Source: Candidatus Uhrbacteria bacterium (GTDB lineage: Bacteria; Patescibacteriota; Patescibacteriia; UBA9934). Taken from it: DNA of 64,000 bases. The stretch covers positions 4,713 through 68,712 of the forward strand of contig CAINGB010000025.1 of the NCBI GenBank assembly GCA_903848275.1, in the 5' to 3' direction. Both the position numbers and the translations under genes were made by a program. Numbering within the stretch: position 1 is the first letter of the stretch; each line of letters starts with the position of its first letter. The notes under the pieces are model-generated. The model saw only the letters and a program-made list of their open reading frames with translations. It ran no database searches and had not been told where the DNA came from. Below are positions 45,875-56,152 of the stretch, piece after piece.

Positions 45875-47140
45875 CTAAACATCGTAGCTGCGCATGGTGA
45901 GCTGAGATTCCATCTGTTTGATGATGTCGATGACGACCGATACCACGATGATAACACTGGAGCCGCCAACAATAAAGTTAGCGTTGCCGGTGGCACCTTT
46001 AACGAGGATTGGGAGAACAGCGATGACACCCAAGAAAGTGGCGCCGGTCAAGAGCAGACGGTTAGAAACCCAAGCGAAGTAGTTGGCAGTTGGGACGCCT
46101 GGACGAATACCAGGAACGAAGCCGCCTTGCTTTTGGAGGTTGTCCGCAATGTCGGTTGGTTTGAAGACGATTGAAGCGTAGAAGTAGGTGAAGGCCACGA
46201 CCAAAACGAAGTAGAAGATGCCGTAGAAGGTTTGGTTGGCGAAGAGTTGGATGATGAAGTTAGCGATGTCGCGAATGACTTGAGTGCGGGCGTCGACGAA
46301 GAACTGAGCGACGAGTGGTGGCAAGACAACGATGGACAACGAGAAAATGATAGGAATCATGCCGACCATGTTGACGCGGAGTGGCAAGTGAGACTGCACT
46401 TTGGTTGAGCCGATACGGGCGCCGCGAGCGTATTGAACTGGTACGTTGCGCTGACCTTCAGTAATGACAATGACGCCGATCAAGGTGATGAGGGCCAAAG
46501 CCAAGAAAATGAGAACGTTCATGAGCTGGCTCGAGTTGTATGTAGCAACGGACTGACCGATGAACGATGGGAGGCCAGCGATGATACCGGCGAAGATCAT
46601 GAGGGACACACCGTTGCCGATTTTGCGTTCGCTGATAAGTTCACCTAACCACATGAGGAAGATGGTACCAGCAACCATGGAGACCAAAGCGACAACCCAT
46701 TCGAAACCGGTCAACTGAATGTTGACGCCGAAGGATGAGCCTTTTTGACCGATGAGTTTAAGCAAGGCGAAACCCTGTAAAAGGGCCAAAGGAACCGTGG
46801 CGACACGCGTCCAACGATTGAGCTTTTGGCGACCTTGCTCTTCCTTTTGCATCTCTTCCATACTCGGGAAAATCATGCCGAGAAGCTGGAAGACGATGCT
46901 CGAGGTAATGTAAGGCGAGACACCAAGAGCGACGATAGAGAAGCTCTTGAGTGTACCACCTGAAAAAACGTTCAACAGACCCAAGAACTGGTTGCCGTTC
47001 AACAACGCGCTGAGACCAGCGGTGTTAATACCGGGAACCGGGATATGGGCAGCAATACGGAACAAAGTCACCGCGAACAGCACGAAGAGCACACTCTGAC
47101 GAATCTCTTTAGTTCGCCAGATACGGAGCAATGTTTCCAT
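45875..47140 (-). CDS. secY: Preprotein translocase subunit SecY
   Basis: 10-TM SecY with IFAGIIAGLP-like segments. Confidence 0.9.
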   Translation of the reverse strand: METLLRIWRTKEIRQSVLFVLFAVTLFRIAAHIPVPGINTAGLSALLNGNQFLGLLNVFSGGTLKSFSIVALGVSPYITSSIVFQLLGMIFPSMEEMQKEEQGRQKLNRWTRVATVPLALLQGFALLKLIGQKGSSFGVNIQLTGFEWVVALVSMVAGTIFLMWLGELISERKIGNGVSLMIFAGIIAGLPSFIGQSVATYNSSQLMNVLIFLALALITLIGVIVITEGQRNVPVQYARGARIGSTKVQSHLPLRVNMVGMIPIIFSLSIVVLPPLVAQFFVDARTQVIRDIANFIIQLFANQTFYGIFYFVLVVAFTYFYASIVFKPTDIADNLQKQGGFVPGIRPGVPTANYFAWVSNRLLLTGATFLGVIAVLPILVKGATGNANFIVGGSSVIIVVSVVIDIIKQMESQLTMRSYDV

Positions 47141-47153
47141 ATAGAAAGAAATG

Positions 47154-47588
47154 TTATTCAACCTTACCGCCGGCAGCCACAATTTTGGCTACAGCCGACT
47201 CTGACACCAAACAACCCTTAACGACGACAGCGACAGCAATTTCACCTTGGCCCAAAACTTTGACTGGAACCTTGGTGGTAGTGATGAGGCTCTTGTTGAG
47301 GAGAGTCTTTGGGGTGACCATCTCGCCCGCAATGTACATGCGGCCAATGTCGGTCAAGTTAACAACGACTGCCTTTGGAGCAAAGGAACGGAAACCACGC
47401 AACTTTGGCGTCGACAAGATAAGCTTACGCATACCGAGACGCTTCAAGTTACCGACACCGGAACGGGAGGTCTGACCCTTTTGACCACGACCAGCAGTGG
47501 TACCCTTGCGACCGAGTCCGCGACCATTGCGCTGGACAGTCTTACGAGCACCGAAGGCGGCCTGGATTGTGTTTAGAGAAATGGCCAT
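47154..47588 (-). CDS. rplO: 50S ribosomal protein L15
   Basis: GRGLGRKGTTAGRGQKGQ. Confidence 0.9.
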   Translation of the reverse strand: MAISLNTIQAAFGARKTVQRNGRGLGRKGTTAGRGQKGQTSRSGVGNLKRLGMRKLILSTPKLRGFRSFAPKAVVVNLTDIGRMYIAGEMVTPKTLLNKSLITTTKVPVKVLGQGEIAVAVVVKGCLVSESAVAKIVAAGGKVE

Positions 47589-47593
47589 ATCCG

Positions 47594-48277
47594 TTATTTA
47601 GTCTCGGTGGTTACTGCCTCTACTGCTTTAGGTGCTTTGGCGACAAATGGGCGAAGAGCCTTGAGTGCTGCCATAACAGCTTTGGCGTTGTTGATTTTGT
47701 TGTTGGAACCCATGACCTTAGAGACAGCGTTAGGGACGCCAGCAAGTTCCAAGATAACACGGATTGGACCACCACACTTAAGACCGGTACCTTGTGGAGC
47801 TGGCATCAGGAGGACGCGAGCGGCCGCAAACTTGCGATCGACGATGTGAGGGATGGTTTCGTTGTGGAGTGGGATGGTGACCATGTCCTTCTTAGCCTTA
47901 CGGAAGGCTTTCTCGACAGACATAGCAACGTCAGCGCCCTTAGCAACGCCCATACCAACGCGACCACGACGGTCACCGATGATGAGACAAGCTCGGAAAC
48001 GCATGCGCTTACCACCTTTGGTGACACGAGTCACGCGGGCAAGCTCTAAAATCTTTTGCTCGAACTCGCGTGGTTCACGTTCTGGACGACCGCCGCGGGA
48101 ACCGCCTGCGCCGCCTGCACCACGTCCGCTACCGCCTTGGCCACCTGGACCACGGCTACCGCCCTGTCCAGCACCGGCTGGGCCACGACCACCGGCGGCA
48201 CCCGAACGGGTAGCACGCTGTGGACCGCGACCAGCTGGAGTTGCTGGAACTGCTGCTGTTTTGATTGCTTCAGTCAT
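47594..48277 (-). CDS. rpsE: 30S ribosomal protein S5 with a ~70-aa Gly/Arg/Ala-rich N-terminal extension. L30 is absent between S5 and L15.
   Basis: S5 core RVTRVTKGGKRMRFRA...GTGLKCGGPIRVILELAGV. 5-nt gap to rplO. Confidence 0.9.
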   Translation of the reverse strand: MTEAIKTAAVPATPAGRGPQRATRSGAAGGRGPAGAGQGGSRGPGGQGGSGRGAGGAGGSRGGRPEREPREFEQKILELARVTRVTKGGKRMRFRACLIIGDRRGRVGMGVAKGADVAMSVEKAFRKAKKDMVTIPLHNETIPHIVDRKFAAARVLLMPAPQGTGLKCGGPIRVILELAGVPNAVSKVMGSNNKINNAKAVMAALKALRPFVAKAPKAVEAVTTETK

Positions 48278-48280
48278 AGT

Positions 48281-48637
48281 TTAGAATTCAAGGCCTGCGG
48301 CACGAGCGGCAACGGCCACCGCTTCCACACGACCATGGTAAAGGTATGGTCCACGATCGAAGACGACTTTGGTGACACCAGCGGCCTTGGCCTTGGCGGC
48401 AACTTCGGCACCAACGATAGCAGCGGACTCAAGTGGCTTCTTGTCACCCTTGTTCTTCAAGTCAGAAGCGGCGGCTAGCGTCTTGCCAGTTTCGTCGTTA
48501 ATAACCTGAGCGTACATGTGGGCGCCAGAACGGAAGACGGTCAAGCGTGGGCGTTCAGCGGAACCGCTAATCTTAGCACGAGTGCGGATGGCACGGCGCT
48601 TAGCAGCTGCTCGCTTTTTGAGAATTGGTTTTAACAT
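48281..48637 (-). CDS. rplR: 50S ribosomal protein L18
   Basis: [20 protein letters not shown]. Confidence 0.9.
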   Translation of the reverse strand: MLKPILKKRAAAKRRAIRTRAKISGSAERPRLTVFRSGAHMYAQVINDETGKTLAAASDLKNKGDKKPLESAAIVGAEVAAKAKAAGVTKVVFDRGPYLYHGRVEAVAVAARAAGLEF

Positions 48638-48646
48638 AGAGGCGGA

Positions 48647-49216
48647 TTATTCCGAGGTCTTAGACGCCTTACCAGCCTTACGACGGATAATTTCGTCAGT
48701 GTAACGGAAGCCCTTACCCTTGTATGGTTCTGGCTTCTTCAAGGAACGGATTTCAGCCGCACATTGACCCAAGACTGCACAGTTGGCAGAGGTGAGAGTC
48801 AAGATGTTCTGCTCAATCTTACCAGCAACTTCTGGTGGCAAAGTGTAGCGAACTTCGTGGGAGAAACCGAGTGCCATGACGAGCACTTGACCCTGCAAGT
48901 TCATTTTGAAACCGACACCGTTCAGCTCAAGAGCTTTCTTGAAGCCGGTGGTGACGCCTTCGACCATCTGCGCCAAAAGTGCACGCATAGTGCCCCACAT
49001 AGCGCGGTCTTCGCGGTCGCCGTCTAAGACGGTAACGTCGAGATAGTCACGACCTTCGTCGTCCTTCTGCTGCGAAACGGCAGCGTGAGGATGGAGGCTG
49101 AGGGTGAGCTCGCCCTTCGGGCCCTTAACCGTAACAGTGGTGACGTCCATCGTTTGCACGATAGTAGCAGTCACACCTGCTGGGAGGAACACCGGTTTTT
49201 TTCCAATGCGCGACAT
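48647..49216 (-). CDS. rplF: 50S ribosomal protein L6
   Basis: MSRIGKKPV...VKGPKGEL. Confidence 0.9.
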   Translation of the reverse strand: MSRIGKKPVFLPAGVTATIVQTMDVTTVTVKGPKGELTLSLHPHAAVSQQKDDEGRDYLDVTVLDGDREDRAMWGTMRALLAQMVEGVTTGFKKALELNGVGFKMNLQGQVLVMALGFSHEVRYTLPPEVAGKIEQNILTLTSANCAVLGQCAAEIRSLKKPEPYKGKGFRYTDEIIRRKAGKASKTSE

Positions 49217-49217
49217 A

Positions 49218-49613
49218 TTAGTAGATTTCGCAAATCAACTCACCGCCCAAGTGACGCTTGCGCGCTTCGGCTCCGGTCATAAGACCGTTTGGTGTGGAGA
49301 CAATGGAGAAGCCCATGCCTGAACGAACGCGATGCAAATCCGTTGACTTCACGTAAACACGCTGACCAGGCTTGCTGATACGGGTGATTGCGCTAATCAT
49401 TGGCGAGTTGCCTTCGTCGTACTTCAAGGTAAGACTCATCATTGGTTTATTACCGTCTTCAAACGCTTCTACATTCGACACATAACCTTGGCCCTGAATA
49501 ATCTTCGCAATGGCGAATTTCATAATAGAGCGAGGCATGGCCACAACCTTCGCGCGGCTCATGCCGGCGTTACGGATGCGGGTAAGCATGTCAGATACTG
49601 GATCGGTCATCAT
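49218..49613 (-). CDS. rpsH: 30S ribosomal protein S8
   Basis: MTDPVSDMLTRIRNA. Confidence 0.9.
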   Translation of the reverse strand: MMTDPVSDMLTRIRNAGMSRAKVVAMPRSIMKFAIAKIIQGQGYVSNVEAFEDGNKPMMSLTLKYDEGNSPMISAITRISKPGQRVYVKSTDLHRVRSGMGFSIVSTPNGLMTGAEARKRHLGGELICEIY

Positions 49614-49614
49614 A

Positions 49615-49800
49615 TTACCAGCTAGCTTTACGAATGCCTGGAATTTCGCCAACGTTGGCTAATTCACGGAAGCAGATACGGCACAAGCCGAAGTCACGGA
49701 GGAAGAAACGGTTACGTCCACAGCGCCAGCATCGGTTGACCTTGCGGGTCATGAATTTTGGCTCTTTTTTGGATTTCGCAATTTGGTTTTCTGTTGCCAT
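49615..49800 (-). CDS. rpsZ: 30S ribosomal protein S14, type Z (zinc-binding, 61 aa)
   Basis: RCWRCGR...CRICFRE Cys4. Confidence 0.9.
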   Translation of the reverse strand: MATENQIAKSKKEPKFMTRKVNRCWRCGRNRFFLRDFGLCRICFRELANVGEIPGIRKASW

Positions 49801-49801
49801 A

Positions 49802-50347
49802 TTACTTTTTTTCGGTCGGGGCGAACGGGAACCCGAGACCCTTGAAGAGTGCCAACCCTTCGGCATGATTCTTGGCGGTGGTCGTGATCGTTACCTGTAG
49901 ACCATGCAACGACTCGACTTCGTCAGGACGAACTTCAGGGAACGGTGTGTGTTCAGTGAAACCGTAGTTGAAGTTACCCTGCTTGTCGACCGAAGACTCT
50001 GGAATACCACGGAAGTCGCGGATACGAGCAAAGACGACGTTCGCTAGCTTGTCCAAGAAGTGCCACATGTGCGGACCACGGATAGTTACCATGGCACCGA
50101 CTACCTGACCTTCGCGGAGTTTGAAACCGGCGACTGACTTACGAGCCTTGGTCATAACTGGCTGTTGACCAGTGATGCGCTTCAAGGTGTCAGCGACGAT
50201 GTCGGCGAACTTGGAGTCCTTGCCCTTGCCGAGGCCAGCGTTCAAAGTCACTTTGACGATGTGCGGTGTCTCGTGGACATTAGTGCGGCCAAACTGTTCG
50301 CGCAAACTGGCGGACAGGGCGCTGAATTTTTCTTTAAGCATTTGCAT
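49802..50347 (-). CDS. rplE: 50S ribosomal protein L5
   Basis: PHIVKVTLNAGLG... Confidence 0.9.
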   Translation of the reverse strand: MQMLKEKFSALSASLREQFGRTNVHETPHIVKVTLNAGLGKGKDSKFADIVADTLKRITGQQPVMTKARKSVAGFKLREGQVVGAMVTIRGPHMWHFLDKLANVVFARIRDFRGIPESSVDKQGNFNYGFTEHTPFPEVRPDEVESLHGLQVTITTTAKNHAEGLALFKGLGFPFAPTEKK

Positions 50348-50348
50348 A

Positions 50349-50654
50349 TTAGCCGATTTCTTCAGTGCCCTTCTTGGAGTGGAGCACGCGAATCTTGCGA
50401 CCTTCCTTGACGACGTAACCGACGCGTCCTGGACCATTCTTGCCGACCATCTGAACGTTTGAGGCGTTCATAGGTGCCGAGAAGGTGATGCGTTGACCGG
50501 CTTGCGTGCCGCGTGGTTTCAAGTGCTTAACGCGCTGGTTAAGACCTTCGACTACGACTTGGTTCTTATCAGGAAAGACCTGACTGATCTTGCCTTCCTT
50601 ACCCTTGTCCTTGCCAACCATGACACGGACGTTATCCCCAGTTTTGATTTTCAT
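50349..50654 (-). CDS. rplX: 50S ribosomal protein L24
   Basis: KIKTGDNVRVMVGKDKGKEGKI (KOW). Confidence 0.9.
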   Translation of the reverse strand: MKIKTGDNVRVMVGKDKGKEGKISQVFPDKNQVVVEGLNQRVKHLKPRGTQAGQRITFSAPMNASNVQMVGKNGPGRVGYVVKEGRKIRVLHSKKGTEEIG

Positions 50655-50663
50655 ATATGGGAA

Positions 50664-51035
50664 TTAGAGCACCTCTGGCGCTAAAGAAATAATCTTGTTG
50701 AAACCGAGGGCGCGTAATTCGCGAGCGACCGGGCCAAAGATACGGGTACCTTTTGGCTCTTTGCTTTCGCGGTTGATAATCACGGCAGCGTTTTCGTCAA
50801 ACATGATGTAGGAACCGTCCTTACGACGCACTTCCTTGCGGGTGCGGACAATGACGGCGTGGACGACGTCACTCTTTTTTACTGCCATGTGCGGCGAGGC
50901 CACCTTGACCGCGCACGTCACAACGTCGCCTAGGCGAGCGTAACGCTTTTTGTAGCCACCAAGGACGCGGATAACCTGGAGCCTCTTGGCACCAGAGTTG
51001 TCGGCGACGTGGATCATCGATCGATGTTGCAACAT
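50664..51035 (-). CDS. rplN: 50S ribosomal protein L14
   Basis: [21 protein letters not shown]. Confidence 0.9.
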   Translation of the reverse strand: MLQHRSMIHVADNSGAKRLQVIRVLGGYKKRYARLGDVVTCAVKVASPHMAVKKSDVVHAVIVRTRKEVRRKDGSYIMFDENAAVIINRESKEPKGTRIFGPVARELRALGFNKIISLAPEVL

Positions 51036-51046
51036 ATACGTGGGGG

Positions 51047-51310
51047 CTAGTTGGCTACCGCTACAACGCGGAAACGCTTCTTAGCCGAAAGAGGACGGGT
51101 TTCTTCGATGGTCACCTGGTCACCAACCTTGACCTCGGGATTCTCGTTATGAGCGAGGTAAGTCTTGCTGACAGTGTAACGCTTCTGGTACTTGCTGTTG
51201 AGCACGGTGCGGTCAATCTTAACCGTCACAGTCTTTTGCATCTTGGTGGCCACGACGACGCCAGTTAAGCGACGACGACCGGTTGCTGGAATAATTTTTT
51301 CAGTCGTCAT
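51047..51310 (-). CDS. rpsQ: 30S ribosomal protein S17
   Basis: [18 protein letters not shown]. Confidence 0.9.
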   Translation of the reverse strand: MTTEKIIPATGRRRLTGVVVATKMQKTVTVKIDRTVLNSKYQKRYTVSKTYLAHNENPEVKVGDQVTIEETRPLSAKKRFRVVAVAN

Positions 51311-51312
51311 AC

Positions 51313-51501
51313 TTAAGCTTTAATCGCGTTAAGAGCCGTCATAAGATGAGCGATGCTCTTTTTTGCGAGGGTGATTTCACGAACATTTTTAAGCTGTCCG
51401 ATGGAATGTTTGAATACGAGCTCGTGCAAGAGTCCGCGAGTTTCCGCGAGGAGTCCTTGCAATTCTGCTACGTCTTTGCCTTTATAATCGAGGTATGCCA
51501 T
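51313..51501 (-). CDS. rpmC: 50S ribosomal protein L29
   Basis: 62-aa helical protein with an L29 profile. Confidence 0.85.
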   Translation of the reverse strand: MAYLDYKGKDVAELQGLLAETRGLLHELVFKHSIGQLKNVREITLAKKSIAHLMTALNAIKA

Positions 51502-51504
51502 ACA

Positions 51505-51918
51505 TTACATTCGGGTAACAACTTTGGTCTGAACTGGAAGTTTGTGCATGGCCAAGCGGAAAGCTTCAGTAGCGGTAGCGGCGTCGACACCGTCCATTTC
51601 GAACATGACTGTACCAGCACGAACTGGGGTCATGTAATAATCGACGGCACCTTTTCCTTTACCCATTGGAGTTTCCGAACCGTGGTTCGTAACTGGATGG
51701 TCGGGGAAAATGCGGATCCAGATCTTACCACCGCGTTTGACGGCACGCGTCATGGCGCGACGAGCGGCTTCGATCTGACGGGCCGTGACCCAACCTTCGG
51801 TAATGGCTTTTAGACCAAAGGAACCAAAGGCGACACTGGTCTTTTGCGTAGCCAAGCGATCACCCTGAGTGTGACGCTTCTGCCACTTGCGATATTTCAT
51901 CTTTTTAGGAAGCAACAT
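51505..51918 (-). CDS. rplP: 50S ribosomal protein L16
   Basis: [15 protein letters not shown]. Confidence 0.9.
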   Translation of the reverse strand: MLLPKKMKYRKWQKRHTQGDRLATQKTSVAFGSFGLKAITEGWVTARQIEAARRAMTRAVKRGGKIWIRIFPDHPVTNHGSETPMGKGKGAVDYYMTPVRAGTVMFEMDGVDAATATEAFRLAMHKLPVQTKVVTRM

Positions 51919-51927
51919 ACAAATGGG

Positions 51928-52671
51928 TTAAGCGCGACGCGCTGCTGGACGACCACCCTTAGAAGGTGCGCGACCTTGATTTGGACTTGGGTTGGGAACG
52001 CGTGGAGCAACGGCTTCATTCTTCACTACGCCTTCGAAAACTTCGCCGCGGTAGATCCAGACCTTGATACCGATCACACCCTGGAGGGTGGTGGCACGAA
52101 TACGAGCGAACTCAATGTCAGCGCGCAAGTTGTGGAGTGGGATAGAGCCTTGGGAAAGAGTTTCAACGCGGGCAATTTCAGCACCGTTCAAGCGGCCAGA
52201 GAGAGTCAACTTAACTCCCTTTGCACCGGCTTTCATGACGCGTTCGATGGCCATCTTCATGGAGCGACGGAAGGCCATGCGACTTTCCAGTTCGCGGGCG
52301 ATCTGTTCACCGACGACGACGCCAGAGAGAGCAGGACGAGCGATTTCATGAACGTTCAGGTTCATGGTCACGCGGCGACCGCGGTAGAATTCACCCATGA
52401 GCTTCTTCTTAAGCTCTTCGATACCAGCGCCGGCGCGTCCGATGACGAAACCAGGCTTGGCAGCGTAGATGTTGACGGTGACGTTCTTAGGCGTACGGTC
52501 GATTTCGATATGATCGACACCGGCGTCGCGCAAGTTCTTGCGGAGATAGTCGCGAATGCGGACATCTTCCGAAAGTGAGGTCACGAATTGCTTGCCCTTA
52601 GCAAACCATTTGGATTCCCAGCCGTAGATTGTCCAGAGACGAAAGGCTCGTGGATGTACTTTATTTCCCAT
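51928..52671 (-). CDS. rpsC: 30S ribosomal protein S3
   Basis: MGNKVHPRAFRLW...KH domain. Confidence 0.9.
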   Translation of the reverse strand: MGNKVHPRAFRLWTIYGWESKWFAKGKQFVTSLSEDVRIRDYLRKNLRDAGVDHIEIDRTPKNVTVNIYAAKPGFVIGRAGAGIEELKKKLMGEFYRGRRVTMNLNVHEIARPALSGVVVGEQIARELESRMAFRRSMKMAIERVMKAGAKGVKLTLSGRLNGAEIARVETLSQGSIPLHNLRADIEFARIRATTLQGVIGIKVWIYRGEVFEGVVKNEAVAPRVPNPSPNQGRAPSKGGRPAARRA

Positions 52672-52674
52672 AGG

Positions 52675-53010
52675 TTAGGCTTTAGGCGCAACCACGATAG
52701 TGATATGCGACATACGATGACGAATTGGAGTAGCGCGACCGTGGGCTTTTGGCGTGAAGCGGAAGAAGGAAGGACCTTCGTCGACCCAAGCCTTAGTAAC
52801 CACGAGACTGGCCGGATCAAGTTTCAAGTTCTCGGTCGCGTTGGCGACAGCAGAGTTGAGGACCTTGAGAATTGGGAGGGATGACTGTTTTTTGGAGAAG
52901 TTTAACTGCGCGCGGGCTGCAGCCACGTTAAGACCGCGAACGAGTGCCACAAGCAACCGCGTTTTTCGCGGGGCCATGCGGACAAATCGTGCTTTTGCAA
53001 AGGCTTCCAT
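52675..53010 (-). CDS. rplV: 50S ribosomal protein L22
   Basis: AKARFVRMAPRKTRLLVALVRG. Confidence 0.9.
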   Translation of the reverse strand: MEAFAKARFVRMAPRKTRLLVALVRGLNVAAARAQLNFSKKQSSLPILKVLNSAVANATENLKLDPASLVVTKAWVDEGPSFFRFTPKAHGRATPIRHRMSHITIVVAPKA

Positions 53011-53019
53011 AAGACGGTA

Positions 53020-53346
53020 TTAACGGGTGAGCTTTTTGGCGGCAGGAGCAGGTGCTCCCTTCGCGGCTGGAGCGGCAGCAGCGGCTGCAGCCTTACCAGC
53101 GTGACGAACGAACTTACGAGTTGGTGAAAATTCACCAAGCTTGTGTCCGACCATGTTCTCGACGACACGGACAGGGATAAAATCCTTTCCGTTATGGACG
53201 GCGATGGTGAATCCAACCATTTCTGGTGTGATTGAACAAGCGCGGGCCCAGGTTTTGATGATGGTCTTATCGCCTTGGCGGAGCTTACCAACTTTGATGG
53301 CGAGCTTAGCGTCGACGTAAGGACCCTTTTTGATGCTACGAGACAT
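53020..53346 (-). CDS. rpsS: 30S ribosomal protein S19 with Ala-rich C-terminal tail
   Basis: [12 protein letters not shown]...HNGKDFIPV. Confidence 0.9.
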   Translation of the reverse strand: MSRSIKKGPYVDAKLAIKVGKLRQGDKTIIKTWARACSITPEMVGFTIAVHNGKDFIPVRVVENMVGHKLGEFSPTRKFVRHAGKAAAAAAAPAAKGAPAPAAKKLTR

Positions 53347-53349
53347 AGA

Positions 53350-54195
53350 TTAAACGCCACTCTTCTTAGCGCCACGGCGGCGGACAATGAACTTGTCAGT
53401 GCTGGTGCGACGACGTGACTTAACACCGTGCGCTGGCTTACCCTGTGGGGTCTTGGCATGCTTGAGACCAATGGAGTTACGAGCTTCACCACCACCGTGT
53501 GGGTGATCGACTGGGTTCATAGCCTTACCACGAACGGTTGGGCGGATAGAACGGTGACGGGTGCGGCCGGCTTTACCCCAACGGACTAAGCGCCAGTCTG
53601 GGTTGCTAACTGTACCAATGCTGGCCATACAAGTCTTTGGCACCATGCGCATTTCGCCACTTGGTAATTTGAGCGTGGCCATTTCACCTTCGATGGCAAG
53701 GAGCATGGCACTAGTACCAGCACCGCGAACCATTTGGGAGCCACGACCTGGCTGCAATTCAACGTTGTAAATGGTCATACCGACAGGAATCTTTTCCAAG
53801 GGGAAACGATTGCCGACGCTTGGTTCACCACGTTCCTTCGAGCTGACGAAAACGGCACCAACGGTGACACCTTCAGGAGCTAGGACGTAACGCTTTTCAC
53901 CGTCCTTGTAGGCGACGAGAGCGATACGAGCACCGCGGTTTGGATCGTATTCGATGGTCTGGACAGTGCAAGGGATGTCGTACTTTTCCTGCTTCCAGTC
54001 GATCGTACGGATGTGACGCTTAGCACCACCTCCACGATGACGAACACTGATTTGACCACTGCTGCCACGACCGGCATTCTCTTTCTTGGAGACGAGCAAC
54101 TTCTTGTATGGCTCGTTGGTGGTCAAGTCTTTGAACGATTGAACGCTCGAGACACGACGACCAGCTGAGGTTGGTTTATAAATCTTGATTGCCAT
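53350..54195 (-). CDS. rplB: 50S ribosomal protein L2
   Basis: GRNxxGxITxRHRGGG core. Confidence 0.9.
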   Translation of the reverse strand: MAIKIYKPTSAGRRVSSVQSFKDLTTNEPYKKLLVSKKENAGRGSSGQISVRHRGGGAKRHIRTIDWKQEKYDIPCTVQTIEYDPNRGARIALVAYKDGEKRYVLAPEGVTVGAVFVSSKERGEPSVGNRFPLEKIPVGMTIYNVELQPGRGSQMVRGAGTSAMLLAIEGEMATLKLPSGEMRMVPKTCMASIGTVSNPDWRLVRWGKAGRTRHRSIRPTVRGKAMNPVDHPHGGGEARNSIGLKHAKTPQGKPAHGVKSRRRTSTDKFIVRRRGAKKSGV

Positions 54196-54204
54196 ACAAG
54201 GGGG

Positions 54205-54642
54205 TTAGACCGTTTCGAAGATGTCGAGGTGACTGCCAGTTGGCAAGGTCACGAGCGCCTTCTTCAGGTTATTGGTGCGACCATTGAAACGACCGAAGCG
54301 ACGAGCGGTGCCGCGGATGTTCATGATGTTCACCTTAACTGGGGTGACGTTGTACAACTCGCGAATAGCCTGCTTGACCGTGATGCGGTTGGCGTCGACG
54401 GCGACGTAGAAGGCGTACACGTTCTTAGCAGCCAACTGAGCTGACTTTTCGCTAGCCACTGGGCCGACGATAGTACGAGCAGTCAAGACTGAGAGTGAAC
54501 GAGCAGCGCGAGTGGCTTTAGCTGGAGCGACAGTCTCTGCGACCTTGGCAGCTTTGACCGACTTTTTGATCGGCTTAGCAGCAGCGTCGGGAGCATTGTC
54601 CTTTTTGGCTGTTTTCTTAAAAATTGGCATATTACGAGGCAA
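54205..54642 (-). CDS. rplW: 50S ribosomal protein L23 with Lys/Ala-rich N-terminal extension
   Basis: YAFYVAVDANRITVKQAIRELYNV. Confidence 0.85.
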   Translation of the reverse strand: MPRNMPIFKKTAKKDNAPDAAAKPIKKSVKAAKVAETVAPAKATRAARSLSVLTARTIVGPVASEKSAQLAAKNVYAFYVAVDANRITVKQAIRELYNVTPVKVNIMNIRGTARRFGRFNGRTNNLKKALVTLPTGSHLDIFETV

Positions 54643-55264
54643 AGGTTTCCGTCATCGCGGCCAAACCGGCAGCAGAAACGATCAGGAAACGATACTTGAC
54701 GATGTCGCGGACGTTGAGACTACCAGCGCGGATAATTTCCGTACCTTCGATATTCTTAGCGGCGCGGGCCATCATTTCTTCACCTGGGGCCAACACGAGC
54801 AAGGCTGACTGCTTAGCACCCGGCAAGGCCTGGCGCATAGCGGCGACCAACTTGGTCTTGGCGGCTGGCAAGGTGAAATCCTTGACGGCGATCAGGGCAC
54901 TGTCTTGAACCTTGTCGGTCAAAACCATGCAAAGGGCCAAACGCTTGGTGCTCTTGTTAACTTTGAGGGTGTAGACGCGATCCTTGATTGGTCCAAAGGT
55001 GACACCACCACCCGACCAGATTGGTGAACGGGAGGAACCGTGACGAGCACGACCGGTGCCCTTCTGACGCCATGGCTTCTTACCACCACCGCGCACTTCG
55101 CTGCGGTCTTTGGTGTGGGCGAGGACCTGACGGCTGTTAGCATCTTGGGCGACAATCACAGAGTGAATGACGCTCTTTTTTGGTTTGACGGCAAAGAGTG
55201 CGTCGGACAGGGTAAGCTGACCGGCTGACGAGCCATCGAGATTATAGAGGTTTACTTCTGCCAT
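54632..55264 (-). CDS. rplD: 50S ribosomal protein L4
   Basis: KPWRQKGTGRARHGS. Confidence 0.9.
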   Translation of the reverse strand: MAEVNLYNLDGSSAGQLTLSDALFAVKPKKSVIHSVIVAQDANSRQVLAHTKDRSEVRGGGKKPWRQKGTGRARHGSSRSPIWSGGGVTFGPIKDRVYTLKVNKSTKRLALCMVLTDKVQDSALIAVKDFTLPAAKTKLVAAMRQALPGAKQSALLVLAPGEEMMARAAKNIEGTEIIRAGSLNVRDIVKYRFLIVSAAGLAAMTETFAS

Positions 55265-55875
55265 ACATTTCCTTCAGTGGCGAATATCGTGATAGCACTG
55301 TTACGTGCTCCAGGAATGGCACCTTTGATAGCGATAATGTTCTTTTCCAGGTCGATCGACACAACTTCGAGGTTCTTGACTGTGACCCGATTGCCACCCA
55401 TGCGGCCGGCCATGCGCATTCCTTTGAACACGCGCTGGATGCCACCGGCTCCAATGGAACCAGACTTACGCAATTGGTCTTTGTGACCGTGCGTGGATGG
55501 GTGACCGCGGAAGCCGTGACGCTTGACCACACCTTGGAAACCACGACCCTTGGCCGTACCCACGATGTTGACCATGTCGCCCAGGGCGAACACGTTAGCG
55601 TCTAGCTTAGCTCCACGTTCGACCGTTTCACCCTCAGCGAGAGGAAACTCTTGCGTCTCACGGAAGTTGCCAAGATCTCCGAACTGTCCTTGTTGTGCCT
55701 TGTTGAGGAGGTGACGAGTGCCAAACCCGAGGACCATCGTGGTTTTGCCGTTAGGCGAAACGCGCGTGGCGACCACGGTGCAAGGACCGGCTTCCACCAA
55801 GGTGACTGGGATAACGTTGCCGTTGTCCGCAAACACCTGTGACATGGCGATTTTTTTACCGAGAAGTACCTTCAT
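55252..55875 (-). CDS. rplC: 50S ribosomal protein L3
   Basis: MKVLLGKKIAMSQVF...GKGFQGVVKRHGF. Confidence 0.9.
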   Translation of the reverse strand: MKVLLGKKIAMSQVFADNGNVIPVTLVEAGPCTVVATRVSPNGKTTMVLGFGTRHLLNKAQQGQFGDLGNFRETQEFPLAEGETVERGAKLDANVFALGDMVNIVGTAKGRGFQGVVKRHGFRGHPSTHGHKDQLRKSGSIGAGGIQRVFKGMRMAGRMGGNRVTVKNLEVVSIDLEKNIIAIKGAIPGARNSAITIFATEGNVWQK

Positions 55876-56152
55876 AAAGTGAGTCAACCGTTGGAGCACA
55901 GAGGCCTGATAACGAAAAAGCGTGAAGTTGCATTAAAATGCAGCTTCCGCCTTCAGCAGTTACCCTTCCTAAAATTGCTGTCGGTCTTTGATTAATCTGA
56001 GTTGTAAAACTTCTAGAACACTCTCGCGAAGCTGCGGTAAGGTTTTCTCACGGTGAGATCTTTCTTTCCGGTTCACTATTGAGTGGGATGTCCGAGTCTC
56101 CGTGCTATGCTCGATTGATCGAGGATATGACGGAGACTCGGACGGGGTAAAA
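55876..56152 (-). promoter_or_regulatory. Unusually long (277 nt) structured spacer between rpsJ and rplC. It has a 14-bp hairpin (gtccgagtctccgt...acggagactcggac) and a second hairpin. Possible attenuator or autoregulatory RNA, or a missed small ORF.
   Basis: S10 and L3 are adjacent in most bacteria. Here there is a 277-nt gap with long perfect stems and no ORF of 60 aa or more. Confidence 0.35.
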
